Origin: Thermodesulfobacteriota bacterium
Lineage (GTDB): Bacteria > Desulfobacterota_D > UBA1144 > Nemesobacterales > Nemesobacteraceae
Length of the DNA: 64,000 bases
Reading direction: 5' to 3'
Assembly (NCBI GenBank): GCA_965116075.1
Contig: OZ220467.1
Coordinates: 1,857,067 to 1,921,066 of the forward strand
Part shown: piece after piece, positions 12,351 through 21,219 of the stretch
Position numbering within the stretch: the first letter of the stretch is position 1
Layout of the letters: each line of letters starts with the position of its first letter
Made by a program: the position numbers and the translations under genes
The notes under the pieces: generated by a model
Databases searched by the model: none
Seen by the model: only the letters and a program-made list of their open reading frames with translations
Told to the model about the DNA's origin: nothing

Positions 12351-13298
12351 TTGCTCTTTGGAAAAAAGATGAAGAAGTTCAAAACCAGTTTTTCCCTTAC
12401 AGTTGGAGATTTTTACGAAAAATTTGGAGAGAAGTTATTGCTTCAACCCTTAGTTGGAAAAAAGGGATTCAAGAAACAAATAATTTCTCCTAGTGTAAAA
12501 AAACCGGGACTGAGGATAATAGAGAAGAAAATAAAACTTGAAAGTGGAAACATCCAAGTACTAGGAAGAACCGAGACATCCTACATAAAAAGATTCGCTC
12601 TGCAAAAGCAAAAGGAAATAATAGTAAGTCTTTTATCAAATGACATTCCATGTTTCATACTCTCCAAGGGACTCTGTCCAGAGAAATCTTTTGTCAAATA
12701 TTTTGAGAGAGACCAAGTACCACTTTTCGTAACATCCCTGAGTACTGGAAAACTGATAACAACTCTCAACGAGGTGCTTGCAGAAGAATTCGCGGTTCAG
12801 ATAACTGTTCATGGAGTGCTTCTTGACATACACCACATAGGAGTTTTAGTCCTGGGGAAAAGTGGGATTGGAAAAAGTGAGTGTGCAATTGACCTTGTAA
12901 TCCAAGGCTCAAAACTTATCGCAGATGATGTAGTAGAAATAAGGAAAATTGGCTCGCGAAAACTTTTGGGATCTGGCCCGGAAAGCATAAGATATCTTGT
13001 GGAGGTAAGGGGAATAGGAATAGTGAACATAAAGGATCTTTTTGGGACCACCTGCGTTATGGAGAAGCGAGAGATTGATATGGTAATTGAACTTGATCAT
13101 TGGGACCCTAAAAAAGAATATGAGCGTTTGGGGATTAATACAAAGACATATTCGATACTAGACGTAGACCTCCCATACACCGTACTCCCTGTAAGTCCAG
13201 GGAGAAACATGGCATCGGTAATAGATGTTGCAGTGCGGAACCAGATACTGAAAGAAAGCGGCAAAACTGCTGACGTCCCAATGGGACCACAGTCATGA
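12351..13298 (+). CDS. hprK: HPr kinase/phosphorylase
   Basis: P-loop GKSGIGKSE and VHGVLLDIHHIGVLVLG motif; 315 aa. Confidence 0.85.
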   Translation: MLFGKKMKKFKTSFSLTVGDFYEKFGEKLLLQPLVGKKGFKKQIISPSVKKPGLRIIEKKIKLESGNIQVLGRTETSYIKRFALQKQKEIIVSLLSNDIPCFILSKGLCPEKSFVKYFERDQVPLFVTSLSTGKLITTLNEVLAEEFAVQITVHGVLLDIHHIGVLVLGKSGIGKSECAIDLVIQGSKLIADDVVEIRKIGSRKLLGSGPESIRYLVEVRGIGIVNIKDLFGTTCVMEKREIDMVIELDHWDPKKEYERLGINTKTYSILDVDLPYTVLPVSPGRNMASVIDVAVRNQILKESGKTADVPMGPQS

Positions 13299-14155
13299 CA
13301 GAGCGCGTGATAATATTAAGTGGACTATCAGGTTCAGGGAAAAGTACCGCAACAAAAGCACTTGAAGATTTGGGGTTTTTCTGTGTTGACAATCTCCCCA
13401 AAGAACTATTTTTCTCTTTTTTCGATCTCTGTAATAAATCCCTTGAACACATAAAAAAGGTTGTCGCGGTAATTGACATACGTACACCCCAGCGTGAACT
13501 GCTTTATGATTTTGAAAAGTTTTTGGAAAGAACAAAAAAATCAACGCAGAAAGTTGAACTAGTGTTTCTTGAGTGCTCAGATGACGTCATTATAAAAAGA
13601 TACAAAGAAACTAGGAGAATACACCCTCTTAGCGAAGCAAAACTATTTCCCGATGGAATATCTGAGGAAAGACAAATTCTTGAAGGTGTACGTGAACTTT
13701 CTGACTATCATATAGACACATCATCTTTGAGCGTCCATGACCTCAGGTTAGCGATGAAAGCAATCGTAGGTTCACCCATAACTCAGAGACCGATTCTCAC
13801 TCTTTTATCTTTTGGATACAGACATGGAATTCCCCAAGACGCAGACCTAGTTTTTGATGTACGTTTTTTGAAAAACCCTCATTTCGTAGAATCTCTGAGA
13901 GATCTTGACGGTACTTGCAGTGAAGTTTCGGATTTTGTGATGTCAGATGAAGATTCAGAAAAATTTCTTGAGAAATTGTGTGATTTCCTTGCTTTTCTAA
14001 TACCAAAATACCAAAAAGAAGGGAAATCATACCTCACCCTAGCATTTGGATGCACAGGTGGTAGACACCGTTCGACGGCGATAGCAGAGACTCTTGGTAA
14101 CCGTCTTTCCCAGTACTGTGCGGTTATTAGACACCGGGATATAAATAAGCTATAA
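13295..14155 (+). CDS. rapZ: RNase adapter protein RapZ (YvcJ/YhbJ P-loop NTPase)
   Basis: N-terminal ILSGLSGSGKSTA Walker A and C-terminal AFGCTGGRHRS motif; 286 aa. Confidence 0.85.
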   Translation: MTERVIILSGLSGSGKSTATKALEDLGFFCVDNLPKELFFSFFDLCNKSLEHIKKVVAVIDIRTPQRELLYDFEKFLERTKKSTQKVELVFLECSDDVIIKRYKETRRIHPLSEAKLFPDGISEERQILEGVRELSDYHIDTSSLSVHDLRLAMKAIVGSPITQRPILTLLSFGYRHGIPQDADLVFDVRFLKNPHFVESLRDLDGTCSEVSDFVMSDEDSEKFLEKLCDFLAFLIPKYQKEGKSYLTLAFGCTGGRHRSTAIAETLGNRLSQYCAVIRHRDINKL

Positions 14156-14162
14156 ACATAGC

Positions 14163-14573
14163 ATGTTCTCAATAGTAGTGGTCACTCACGGACAACTTGC
14201 CAGCGAACTTATTTCCTCTGTGAAATTCATTCTGCCGGAAAAACCTAGGGTGAAGATGACAGCAGTTTCTATAGACGGTTCAAAAGACTGCAAAAATTTT
14301 GAGAAAATTGTACAAGAGGCCATTGATTCAGTTTCAGAAGGCGATGGTGTTCTACTTATAACAGACATGTTTGGAGGAACCCCTTCAAACATAAGTTTAA
14401 TGTTCCTTGAATCTGGAAAGACAGAGGTTGTTTCTGGAGTGAATCTCCCCATGCTTTTAAAATTGGGGACACTTGCCGAGAAAACCTCTCTTCAAGAAGC
14501 AGTTGCCGTTGCAGCAAAAGCAGGAAAAGAGAACATAATCGTAGCAAGTGAACTTCTCGGAAAAAACAGTTAG
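14163..14573 (+). CDS. PTS EIIA component, mannose/fructose family
   Basis: VVVTHGQLA N-terminus with active-site His; ~136 aa EIIA-Man fold signature. Confidence 0.75.
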   Translation: MFSIVVVTHGQLASELISSVKFILPEKPRVKMTAVSIDGSKDCKNFEKIVQEAIDSVSEGDGVLLITDMFGGTPSNISLMFLESGKTEVVSGVNLPMLLKLGTLAEKTSLQEAVAVAAKAGKENIIVASELLGKNS

Positions 14574-14599
14574 TTTATTAATTTACAGAGGTTAATGAA

Positions 14600-14923
14600 A
14601 TGGATGTAAACACTCTTGACGCAGTAATTGATATGTATACCAATCACCTTCTCAAAGGAGAACTTGAAGGGTTTAGCATTGAAATAGACCCTCAAGTAAA
14701 GGACGAACTCGCCGCAATAGCTCTTTACCTTGATTCAAAAACCGTAAGGGCATCGGGGGAAATTGAAGAATTTTATGAAGGATATAAAAGAGCGGCTTTT
14801 GACGTACTTTCATTTATGGGAATTGAATTTTTTGAAGACAGAGAAAACAAGTCAATTAAGATAACGAAGTCTAAATACGATTCTAATCTCCAAGAAGAAC
14901 TCAAAAAAAGCATCTGGGGGTAA
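14600..14923 (+). CDS. hypothetical protein (107 aa) at the position usually held by HPr/NPr
   Basis: ORF with reasonable spacing; lacks the HPr His-15 GxHARPA signature. Confidence 0.4.
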   Translation: MDVNTLDAVIDMYTNHLLKGELEGFSIEIDPQVKDELAAIALYLDSKTVRASGEIEEFYEGYKRAAFDVLSFMGIEFFEDRENKSIKITKSKYDSNLQEELKKSIWG

Positions 14924-14953
14924 TTATACCTCATGTAGATTGTTACCCCGATC

Positions 14954-15760
14954 ATGAATTTCCGCAATTTATTTGATTGCTTCGTCTTTGATATGGACGG
15001 GGTTCTTTATAGCGGACAAACTCCAATTGCAAATTCTCCGCAAGTTCTCAAAGTTTTGAGACAAATCGGGAAAACTATCTGTTTTTTCACTAACAATCCC
15101 TCGCTTTCGCCTCTAGACTATACAAAAAAACTTAAAAAATTGAATATTGAATCTAGTACGCAGGAGTTTATCACCTCACCGATGGCCACTGTTTCTCTTG
15201 TAAAAGAAAAAATGTCCTCAAAGAAATGGAAAACCGTTTTTGTGGCGGGAAGTGATTATCTCAAAGAAGAGATGAGAAAAACTAAACTGTGCGAACTTGA
15301 GGGGAAATCCGCATATGAAACTGACCTAGTGGTACTGGGAAGTCATCCTAGGTTTTCCTTTGAAGAAATAAGAACCGCATCCATAGCAGTTGGAAACGGG
15401 GCCTATTTTGTTGGTACAAACTCCGACCTTTTCTATCCCTGCGAGCATGGACGCGCTCCCGCCACAGGCTCTTTGCTGGCGGCCGTAGAAGCTGCGTCTG
15501 GTAAAAAGGCTATTACTGCGGGTAAACCGAAAAAATATATGTTTGATCTGATTGGAAAAAGATGGAAGGGACCCAAAAAAAAAGTTCTTGTGATTGGAGA
15601 CAGTTTTGCAACCGATATAACCGGAGCGAAAAAAGCAGGTTATTCGACGGCGCTAGTTCTAACTGGAGTCACAAGGGAGAAAGACCTTAGAAACGCAGTT
15701 GCTCCACCGGATTATGTGTTGAAAAACATATCTTTTCTTTTTGAGTCCATGGACCAGTAA
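14954..15760 (+). CDS. HAD superfamily hydrolase, subfamily IIA (NagD-like)
   Basis: FVFDMDGVLY motif I and C-terminal GDSFATDI motif. Confidence 0.8.
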   Translation: MNFRNLFDCFVFDMDGVLYSGQTPIANSPQVLKVLRQIGKTICFFTNNPSLSPLDYTKKLKKLNIESSTQEFITSPMATVSLVKEKMSSKKWKTVFVAGSDYLKEEMRKTKLCELEGKSAYETDLVVLGSHPRFSFEEIRTASIAVGNGAYFVGTNSDLFYPCEHGRAPATGSLLAAVEAASGKKAITAGKPKKYMFDLIGKRWKGPKKKVLVIGDSFATDITGAKKAGYSTALVLTGVTREKDLRNAVAPPDYVLKNISFLFESMDQ

Positions 15761-15795
15761 CCCTCTTGCCTATCCTTAATTTAGACTAAACAAAT

Positions 15796-16062
15796 TTGGT
15801 GTTGACTTTTAGCAACCGAGGGGTAATGTTTCACCAGAAATTTTTCCCGCCGGAGGGGTACATGCTCAAATTGTCTAAAGAAGATGAAACTTGGAATTAC
15901 CCGCTCAATATATCCGACCTGTTTGAAGAACTTAGAGAGAACGGAGATCTTGATGATGAGTTTGAGGACGAGTTCGACGAATTTTTCGATGAAGTAAACT
16001 ACCTTTATTATGATGAAGATTCGGAAGATGCCGCCGAGAGGGAAAACAGAATTCTCCACTGA
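15796..16062 (+). CDS. hypothetical highly acidic small protein
   Basis: ORF only; DDEFEDEFDEFFDE acidic run. Confidence 0.3.
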   Translation: MVLTFSNRGVMFHQKFFPPEGYMLKLSKEDETWNYPLNISDLFEELRENGDLDDEFEDEFDEFFDEVNYLYYDEDSEDAAERENRILH

Positions 16063-16156
16063 CTTACTAAAAGACAAAAGCAAAGATCACAGTCTTGGAC
16101 TTTGTCGCAACCAAGATTGCAAAGCCCAAGACTGAATCAGTTACAAACTACATCTG

Positions 16157-18583
16157 TCAGAAATATACCCGGGTTATCATACCAAATGTTCGGGGTTGTC
16201 CCACTCGGTAGGCGAGCCTAGCTCTTCCCCCACGTTCACGGTCAAACGATAACTCAACTTCTTCGTCAGTAATATTGTTCACGTAAAGAGTTATTTCCGC
16301 GTTATTGTAAACAAGACCGGTGCTTACATTGAACAGATTGTAAGAATCAAGCTCTAAATCAAGATTGGTAACCTCATTACCTGTCATACCACCATATCCT
16401 TTAAATCCATGGGTGAAAGACCCTGATCCATCCACTTGGTCACCCGACTGAGTAAACTGGCTTCCCACATACTGCCAAGAAGCAGACAGATAACTCTGAG
16501 TAGCCCTGAAAAAGCCGGGAAAAGAATAAGTTGCCGCAGAAGATATCTGCCATTCTGGAACCGAAGGTATGCGGTTACCCTTATCAATCCCAGCAACAGG
16601 CTCTCCCGAAGTCGTTTTGACTGTGGAATCGAACTCTGCAGAGACATAACTTCCGGCAAACGAAAGTAGCAGAGAACTAGAAGGGCGGGCGGAAAGCTCA
16701 ACTTCTGTTCCAACCGTATGAGCTTCAGGTACGCTGATCGTTACGCGCGAAGAACATTGCCCAGCATCCACATTAACTCCAAGGTTGCTTATATCAGTGT
16801 AGAAAACAGAGGCGTTGAGTGAAACCAAGTCAAACGATGATTTAAAACCGGCTTCATAGTTCCAAAGGGTCTCATCCTTAAAATTCTGATACCCGCTGTA
16901 AGTATCGTAACTATCTCCACACAGATCCTTATTAAGTGGATCGTTCACACCTCCTAGACGAAAGCCTCTTGATGCCTGCGCATTTAAACTAACTTGGTCG
17001 GTAAGATCATAACTTACGATAAATCTGGGAGAAAATCCGTCGGAGTCTTGAGAGACTTCCTGGTTTTGAGCAGCCGAGTTTGAGAAGAAACCCCCTGATT
17101 TGAATGTTTTGTCCTCATCCCACGTGTACCATCGTAGCCCCGCAGTTAGATCCAGACGTTCGAACAACTCATAAGACGCTTCACCAAACAGAGCAAATTG
17201 CTGAAGATCATAAGTCAGGTCGGATATATATGGAGAATTACGGTCTGGAAATCCATTGCTCGCACCTTCTGTAGTTCCCGCTCCAACATTAGTTTCAACG
17301 TAAGCATCGTATCCAGGGGTAGGAAGTCTCTGAGAGTAATCACGCTCTGAACTCGAATAGAATAAACCAGCAAGCCAGCGAAATGGAGCATCCGAATCAT
17401 CTGAATGGATACGAAGTTCATGAGTCCACTGTTCAAGGTCGGTGGTATCACGCAGATTTGACGGAATCATAGTCGCTTCAGTAGGAAATCCAAGATCCAC
17501 AGTCACGCTTGCTGTAAGAGCACTAGTGTCACGACTAACAAGAACGTCACGATCTATGTAGGCGACCGCGTAAGTCACGTCAAAAAGACCATCAAGGCTC
17601 CAGTTCATGACGGTATCAAGCAAAAGGGTCTCGTCCTCAAAACCTTCATCAAGTCTCAGAAACTGCTCATTCTTACCGAGCTGAATTGCTGGACGCGTCG
17701 TCGTATACGGATTGGCAAAAAGATTGAAAACTTCTTTTCTGTTAAAACCACCAAGATCAATTTTCTGGAAAACTACGCGCGGGGTGATAGACAGATTTTC
17801 GATTGGTTGCCAAAGTAAAGAAAAACGACCACCAATGCGGTCGCCATCATTTACATTTTCCTTTTTCTTGCCGCCTTCCATTAAGGCATCAATAAATCCA
17901 GAATATTTAGTTCCATATGTAACTAGACGAGCGGCAACCGTGTCACCAAAAGGAACATTCACAGCAGTCTTCACGTGTCCTCCCAAAGAGCCACCCTCAA
18001 CAATGTTGAAATCAACTTCGGCCTTCGACTCATTTATTCCTAGAGCCGGCTGATGGGTGATATAACGAACTGTACCTCCTATTGAACCGGAACCGAACAG
18101 CGTACCCTGCGGACCTCTTAGGGTTTCAACTCGGCTGATGTCGAATAGATCAATATCAGGAGTAAATAGCGATAGGGAGATTGGTGTTTCGTCAAGATAA
18201 ATTCCCACTTGTTCCTTAATGCCTGGCTGGTCGCGCACTATCTGTCCAGAGGACACGCCTCGAATGGTCACAACGCTTTGACCTGGACCCAGATTCTGTA
18301 CAGAAAGTCCAGCTACATTGCGGGAAAACTCTTCGAAATCAGAAATGTTAAGACGATTTATGTCTTCCTCCGACTTGACATCAAGAGAAAAAGGTACATC
18401 CTTCGCCAAACGAACGCGCTTGGTGGCAGTTACAAGCATTTCCTGTAACGTATAAGACTCATATTTAGGTAAATCGGAAGGGTCAGTATTTTGTTGCGCC
18501 AGAGCATTCTTTGAAGATACTGAAACAATTAAAGCAAAGAACATTAGAAACGCAAAACTTCTATAACCTATTTGCCCCATCAT
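16157..18583 (-). CDS. TonB-dependent outer membrane receptor
   Basis: Signal peptide, plug-domain motifs, 808 aa, C-terminal aromatic residue (...RVYF). Confidence 0.85.
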   Translation of the reverse strand: MMGQIGYRSFAFLMFFALIVSVSSKNALAQQNTDPSDLPKYESYTLQEMLVTATKRVRLAKDVPFSLDVKSEEDINRLNISDFEEFSRNVAGLSVQNLGPGQSVVTIRGVSSGQIVRDQPGIKEQVGIYLDETPISLSLFTPDIDLFDISRVETLRGPQGTLFGSGSIGGTVRYITHQPALGINESKAEVDFNIVEGGSLGGHVKTAVNVPFGDTVAARLVTYGTKYSGFIDALMEGGKKKENVNDGDRIGGRFSLLWQPIENLSITPRVVFQKIDLGGFNRKEVFNLFANPYTTTRPAIQLGKNEQFLRLDEGFEDETLLLDTVMNWSLDGLFDVTYAVAYIDRDVLVSRDTSALTASVTVDLGFPTEATMIPSNLRDTTDLEQWTHELRIHSDDSDAPFRWLAGLFYSSSERDYSQRLPTPGYDAYVETNVGAGTTEGASNGFPDRNSPYISDLTYDLQQFALFGEASYELFERLDLTAGLRWYTWDEDKTFKSGGFFSNSAAQNQEVSQDSDGFSPRFIVSYDLTDQVSLNAQASRGFRLGGVNDPLNKDLCGDSYDTYSGYQNFKDETLWNYEAGFKSSFDLVSLNASVFYTDISNLGVNVDAGQCSSRVTISVPEAHTVGTEVELSARPSSSLLLSFAGSYVSAEFDSTVKTTSGEPVAGIDKGNRIPSVPEWQISSAATYSFPGFFRATQSYLSASWQYVGSQFTQSGDQVDGSGSFTHGFKGYGGMTGNEVTNLDLELDSYNLFNVSTGLVYNNAEITLYVNNITDEEVELSFDRERGGRARLAYRVGQPRTFGMITRVYF

Positions 18584-18968
18584 TTTAAGTCCTCCTTTAT
18601 CTTAAATCTTCTGCTGTGCAATATATCTATTACTGCTCAAACAGTTTCTACTTGAACCTAGTATCACCCCTAGTTCAGTCAACAAAATAGCCATTTTATT
18701 TAATCATATTTTCTCTTATACCGCAATTGAACTTGAAGAAAATACATACTTATCCACCCAAAACTTGTTTTTCGTAGAACTGATTCCTTGGTTTTCTATA
18801 TACATTTCCCCGTACCAAAGACAGTGTCAGTTTTTCTTGAATAGACAGTATGTCTGTCGAAAGATTTTGCCCGATATCCTAATATGGAACATCTTTGATC
18901 TGTATGTAATATTTTGAAAGCGTAGGTTGTTCGTTCTCTGTTAGTTGTTCGGAGGAATTCAAAGAAGT

Positions 18969-19053
18969 GCCCAGGGCCGGACTCGAACCGGCACGGGAAA
19001 AACTCCCGAGGGATTTTAAGTCCCTTGCGTCTACCAATTCCGCCACCCGGGCA
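18969..19053 (-). tRNA. tRNA-Leu (anticodon TAA), long variable arm, CCA not encoded
   Basis: Reverse complement gcccgggtggcggaattggtagacgc..ggacttaaaatccc..ggttcgagtccggccctgggca folds as a class II tRNA with anticodon loop cuUAAaa. Confidence 0.8.
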
Positions 19054-19077
19054 TCAGTCTTAACGCCAACCAAAATA

Positions 19078-19152
19078 TGGAGGCGGCGCCCGGATTCGAA
19101 CCGGGGTATAACGGTTTTGCAGACCGTCGCCTTACCTCTTGGCTACGCCGCC
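19078..19152 (-). tRNA. tRNA-Cys (anticodon GCA), CCA encoded
   Basis: Reverse complement ggcggcgtagccaagaggtaaggc..ctGCAaaacc..ggttcgaatccgggcgccgcctcca; 75 nt. Confidence 0.85.
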
Positions 19153-19294
19153 TAGAGTTGTAATAAAAAGATAGAGTGTACCAGAAAATTTTTTTTTGTG
19201 AACTTCTGGATAAAAACGAGTGCCGAATAATACAGATAATTTGACCAGAGATATTTAGCGGCAGTGACCGTGAATGGATTATTGCGTCCAAAGG

Positions 19295-19461
19295 CTGATA
19301 ATTGTGCGGAAATCAGCAGCGAATTGCGAAAATCAAGAAATCTGACCATCAGATTACTTAAACACCAATCAGCCCGAACTGAAACAGTGGTGAACATGTG
19401 TTTATAGGTCCTCATTACGTTAAAGCCGCTCCCCAAAAAACCCTACAGCGCAAATGCTTCC
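19295..19461. repeat. solo left-end (LE-A) copy of the IS at 46583, reverse orientation
   Basis: Reverse complement aligns along its length with 46583-46760 and 43054-43217, including the TIR (ACAGCGCAAATGC at 19445-19457). Confidence 0.6.
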
Positions 19462-19475
19462 TTTGTCGCTAGTCC

Positions 19476-19506
19476 TTGACTTATGTGAGGGGGGGGGGGG
19501 TAAAGT
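19476..19506 (+). promoter_or_regulatory. putative sigma-70 promoter with a G12 tract in the spacer: TTGACT, then 7 nt plus G12, then TAAAGT
   Basis: -35-like TTGACT at 19476-19481, -10-like TAAAGT at 19501-19506, 19-bp spacer containing the homopolymer. Roughly 95 nt upstream of the lipoprotein start codon. Confidence 0.45.
19489..19500. repeat. homopolymeric G12 tract
   Basis: Twelve consecutive G. Confidence 0.9.
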
Positions 19507-19601
19507 TAAAAGGCTAACTTAAGAATGAGGGTTTTATAACAAGGTTTTGCCAGATAAATATCCACTTTATAAATGGAACAACTTATAAGGGAGGTTTTAT
19601 T

Positions 19602-20759
19602 ATGAAGTTACGTAATTTATTAGTGATGTTGTTTCTGCTCACTGGAGCAGTTTTCTTTGTAGCTTGCGAGGGAAAAGACGGGAAAGACGGAGCGAGAGGG
19701 CCAGCAGGGCCAGCAGGTGAAAAGGGGGATAAGGGTGACAAAGGTGACAAAGGCGACCCCGGGCCAGCAGGCGCGGATGGCAGAGACCTAAACCCCACCG
19801 GTGATACTAGGTGTGATGTTAGTAATGGTATAGATGCCCCCACAGCAGTGCGAGAGATCGCAGGGACTATGGATGATGATGTTATTTGCGGAAATGATGG
19901 CGATAACGAAATAAGAGCGGGAGGGGGAGATGATACGGTTTACGGTGGAGATGGCAATGACAAGTTGTTAGGTGGAGATGGAGACGATACGCTTTATGGT
20001 GAAGATGGAAATGATCATTTTTTCTTTATAAATGAAGCCGGTGTTAATAAATTTGTTGGGGGTGCTGGTAAAGACCTAGTCTATTTTGCTCGTAATGTTG
20101 TAAACACAGGAACGTCTTCTGCAGGCATTTATAACAACCCTTCCGGTTCCCTAACTTCCAAAGATATAACCTTTGATCTCTCTTCTGGGAGTTGGGATGG
20201 GACTTCTATTGACACTGGATCATTCACTTTTGAAGGTATTGAGGATGTTATTAGCGGTGATGGTGACGACACTATTACCGGAAATGACGAATCTAACTAT
20301 CTCTATACATGGGATGGTGATGACACTATAAACGGCGGAGCTGGCAACGATTTGATTAATGGTGTGGGTGGTGACGATACGATAGACGGTGGTGCCGGCG
20401 ATGATATTTTAGTCGCATGGGATAATGGCAATGATACTCTTACTGGAGGCGCAGGCGCAGATATTTTTTATGCTCGATATGCGTCATCCCCTGACCTTGT
20501 AGTTATTAAGGATTTTGATACGGCAAACGACAAACTCTATTTCAGAAGTTTTCCAGCAGTATCAGGGAATAATAGAACCGTAACCGCCTCGGGAGGTAAG
20601 ATTTTGGTTGGAGGGAATGAATATTTTGAAATACATGATGCGAACGGTTCACCAGACAGCACAAAAGCAACAAATATTGCAGGCGACTCAACAAGATATC
20701 GGTTTGTAGCACATGAATTTTCAGGGGAAACAAGATTCTACACATTTACAGACGACTAA
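19602..20759 (+). CDS. lipoprotein with collagen-like GXY triple-helix repeats and RTX (hemolysin-type) calcium-binding repeats
   Basis: Signal peptide with lipobox-like FVAC; about 12 GXY triplets (GKDGKDGARGPAGPAGEKGDKGDKGDKGDPGPAGADG); repeated GGxGxD nonapeptides (GGDGNDKLLGGDGDDTLYGEDGND...). Confidence 0.75.
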   Translation: MKLRNLLVMLFLLTGAVFFVACEGKDGKDGARGPAGPAGEKGDKGDKGDKGDPGPAGADGRDLNPTGDTRCDVSNGIDAPTAVREIAGTMDDDVICGNDGDNEIRAGGGDDTVYGGDGNDKLLGGDGDDTLYGEDGNDHFFFINEAGVNKFVGGAGKDLVYFARNVVNTGTSSAGIYNNPSGSLTSKDITFDLSSGSWDGTSIDTGSFTFEGIEDVISGDGDDTITGNDESNYLYTWDGDDTINGGAGNDLINGVGGDDTIDGGAGDDILVAWDNGNDTLTGGAGADIFYARYASSPDLVVIKDFDTANDKLYFRSFPAVSGNNRTVTASGGKILVGGNEYFEIHDANGSPDSTKATNIAGDSTRYRFVAHEFSGETRFYTFTDD

Positions 20760-20786
20760 AGAAAACAGATTTATAGCAACTCTCGG

Positions 20787-20820
20787 CCCTGCAGGTTATC
20801 CCCCTGCGGGGCTTTTTTTT
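20787..20820 (+). terminator. rho-independent terminator
   Basis: ccctgcagg ttatccc cctgcgggg stem-loop followed by a T8 run. Confidence 0.6.
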
Positions 20821-20857
20821 GATATACTGGCAATAACAATTCCAAGGAGGAAATACT

Positions 20858-21013
20858 ATGAGCCTAGCTGACAGACTTCAACAGTTAATAAAATCGCATG
20901 AGAGCAGGACAAGGGATTATGAGGGAAGAATTGAGAAAATGGAAAAGGATATAAGCAAGAATAGGTCTGGCATTGATGAATATCACTCATTCATTGAACG
21001 AGAGAAAGAGTAA
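20858..21013 (+). CDS. small ORF (51 aa) with strong RBS, predicted coiled-coil
   Basis: AAGGAGG seven nt upstream of the ATG; sequence MSLADRLQQLIKSHESRTRDYEGRIEKMEKDISKNRSGIDEYHSFIEREKE. Confidence 0.35.
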   Translation: MSLADRLQQLIKSHESRTRDYEGRIEKMEKDISKNRSGIDEYHSFIEREKE

Positions 21014-21152
21014 ATAAGCGTGATTAAGGAATTCCTATCGTTTGGCCCTGACTATTTGGAGACCCTTGCCTGTATTGTACATGGTGGATAAATCCACAAC
21101 TAAAAAACTTCCATTCCCAAAAAAAAACCGCCCAACAGACTACTCTTTTTAG

Positions 21153-21168
21153 ACAGCACAAATGCCTC
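21153..21168. repeat. solo degenerate copy of the IS terminal repeat (ACAGCACAAATGCCTC)
   Basis: 15 of 16 positions match the TIR. Confidence 0.4.
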
Positions 21169-21219
21169 AGAATCTGTTTCAATTGCGAAAAAACAGTACA
21201 TTAGTTCATCCGGAAATTG

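Noticed and set aside
14600-14923. The 107-aa protein as HPr/NPr phosphocarrier
   Set aside because: No GxHARPA His-15 or Ser-46 region; sequence composition is unlike HPr.
15541-15600. A9 run inside the HAD hydrolase gene as a phase-variation site
   Set aside because: It encodes KKK in frame within a conserved protein. Ordinary Lys codons with no supporting context.
18584-18960. Riboswitch (cobalamin/TPP) upstream of the TonB-dependent receptor
   Set aside because: No B12-box or TPP ctgaga core recognisable in the minus-strand leader.
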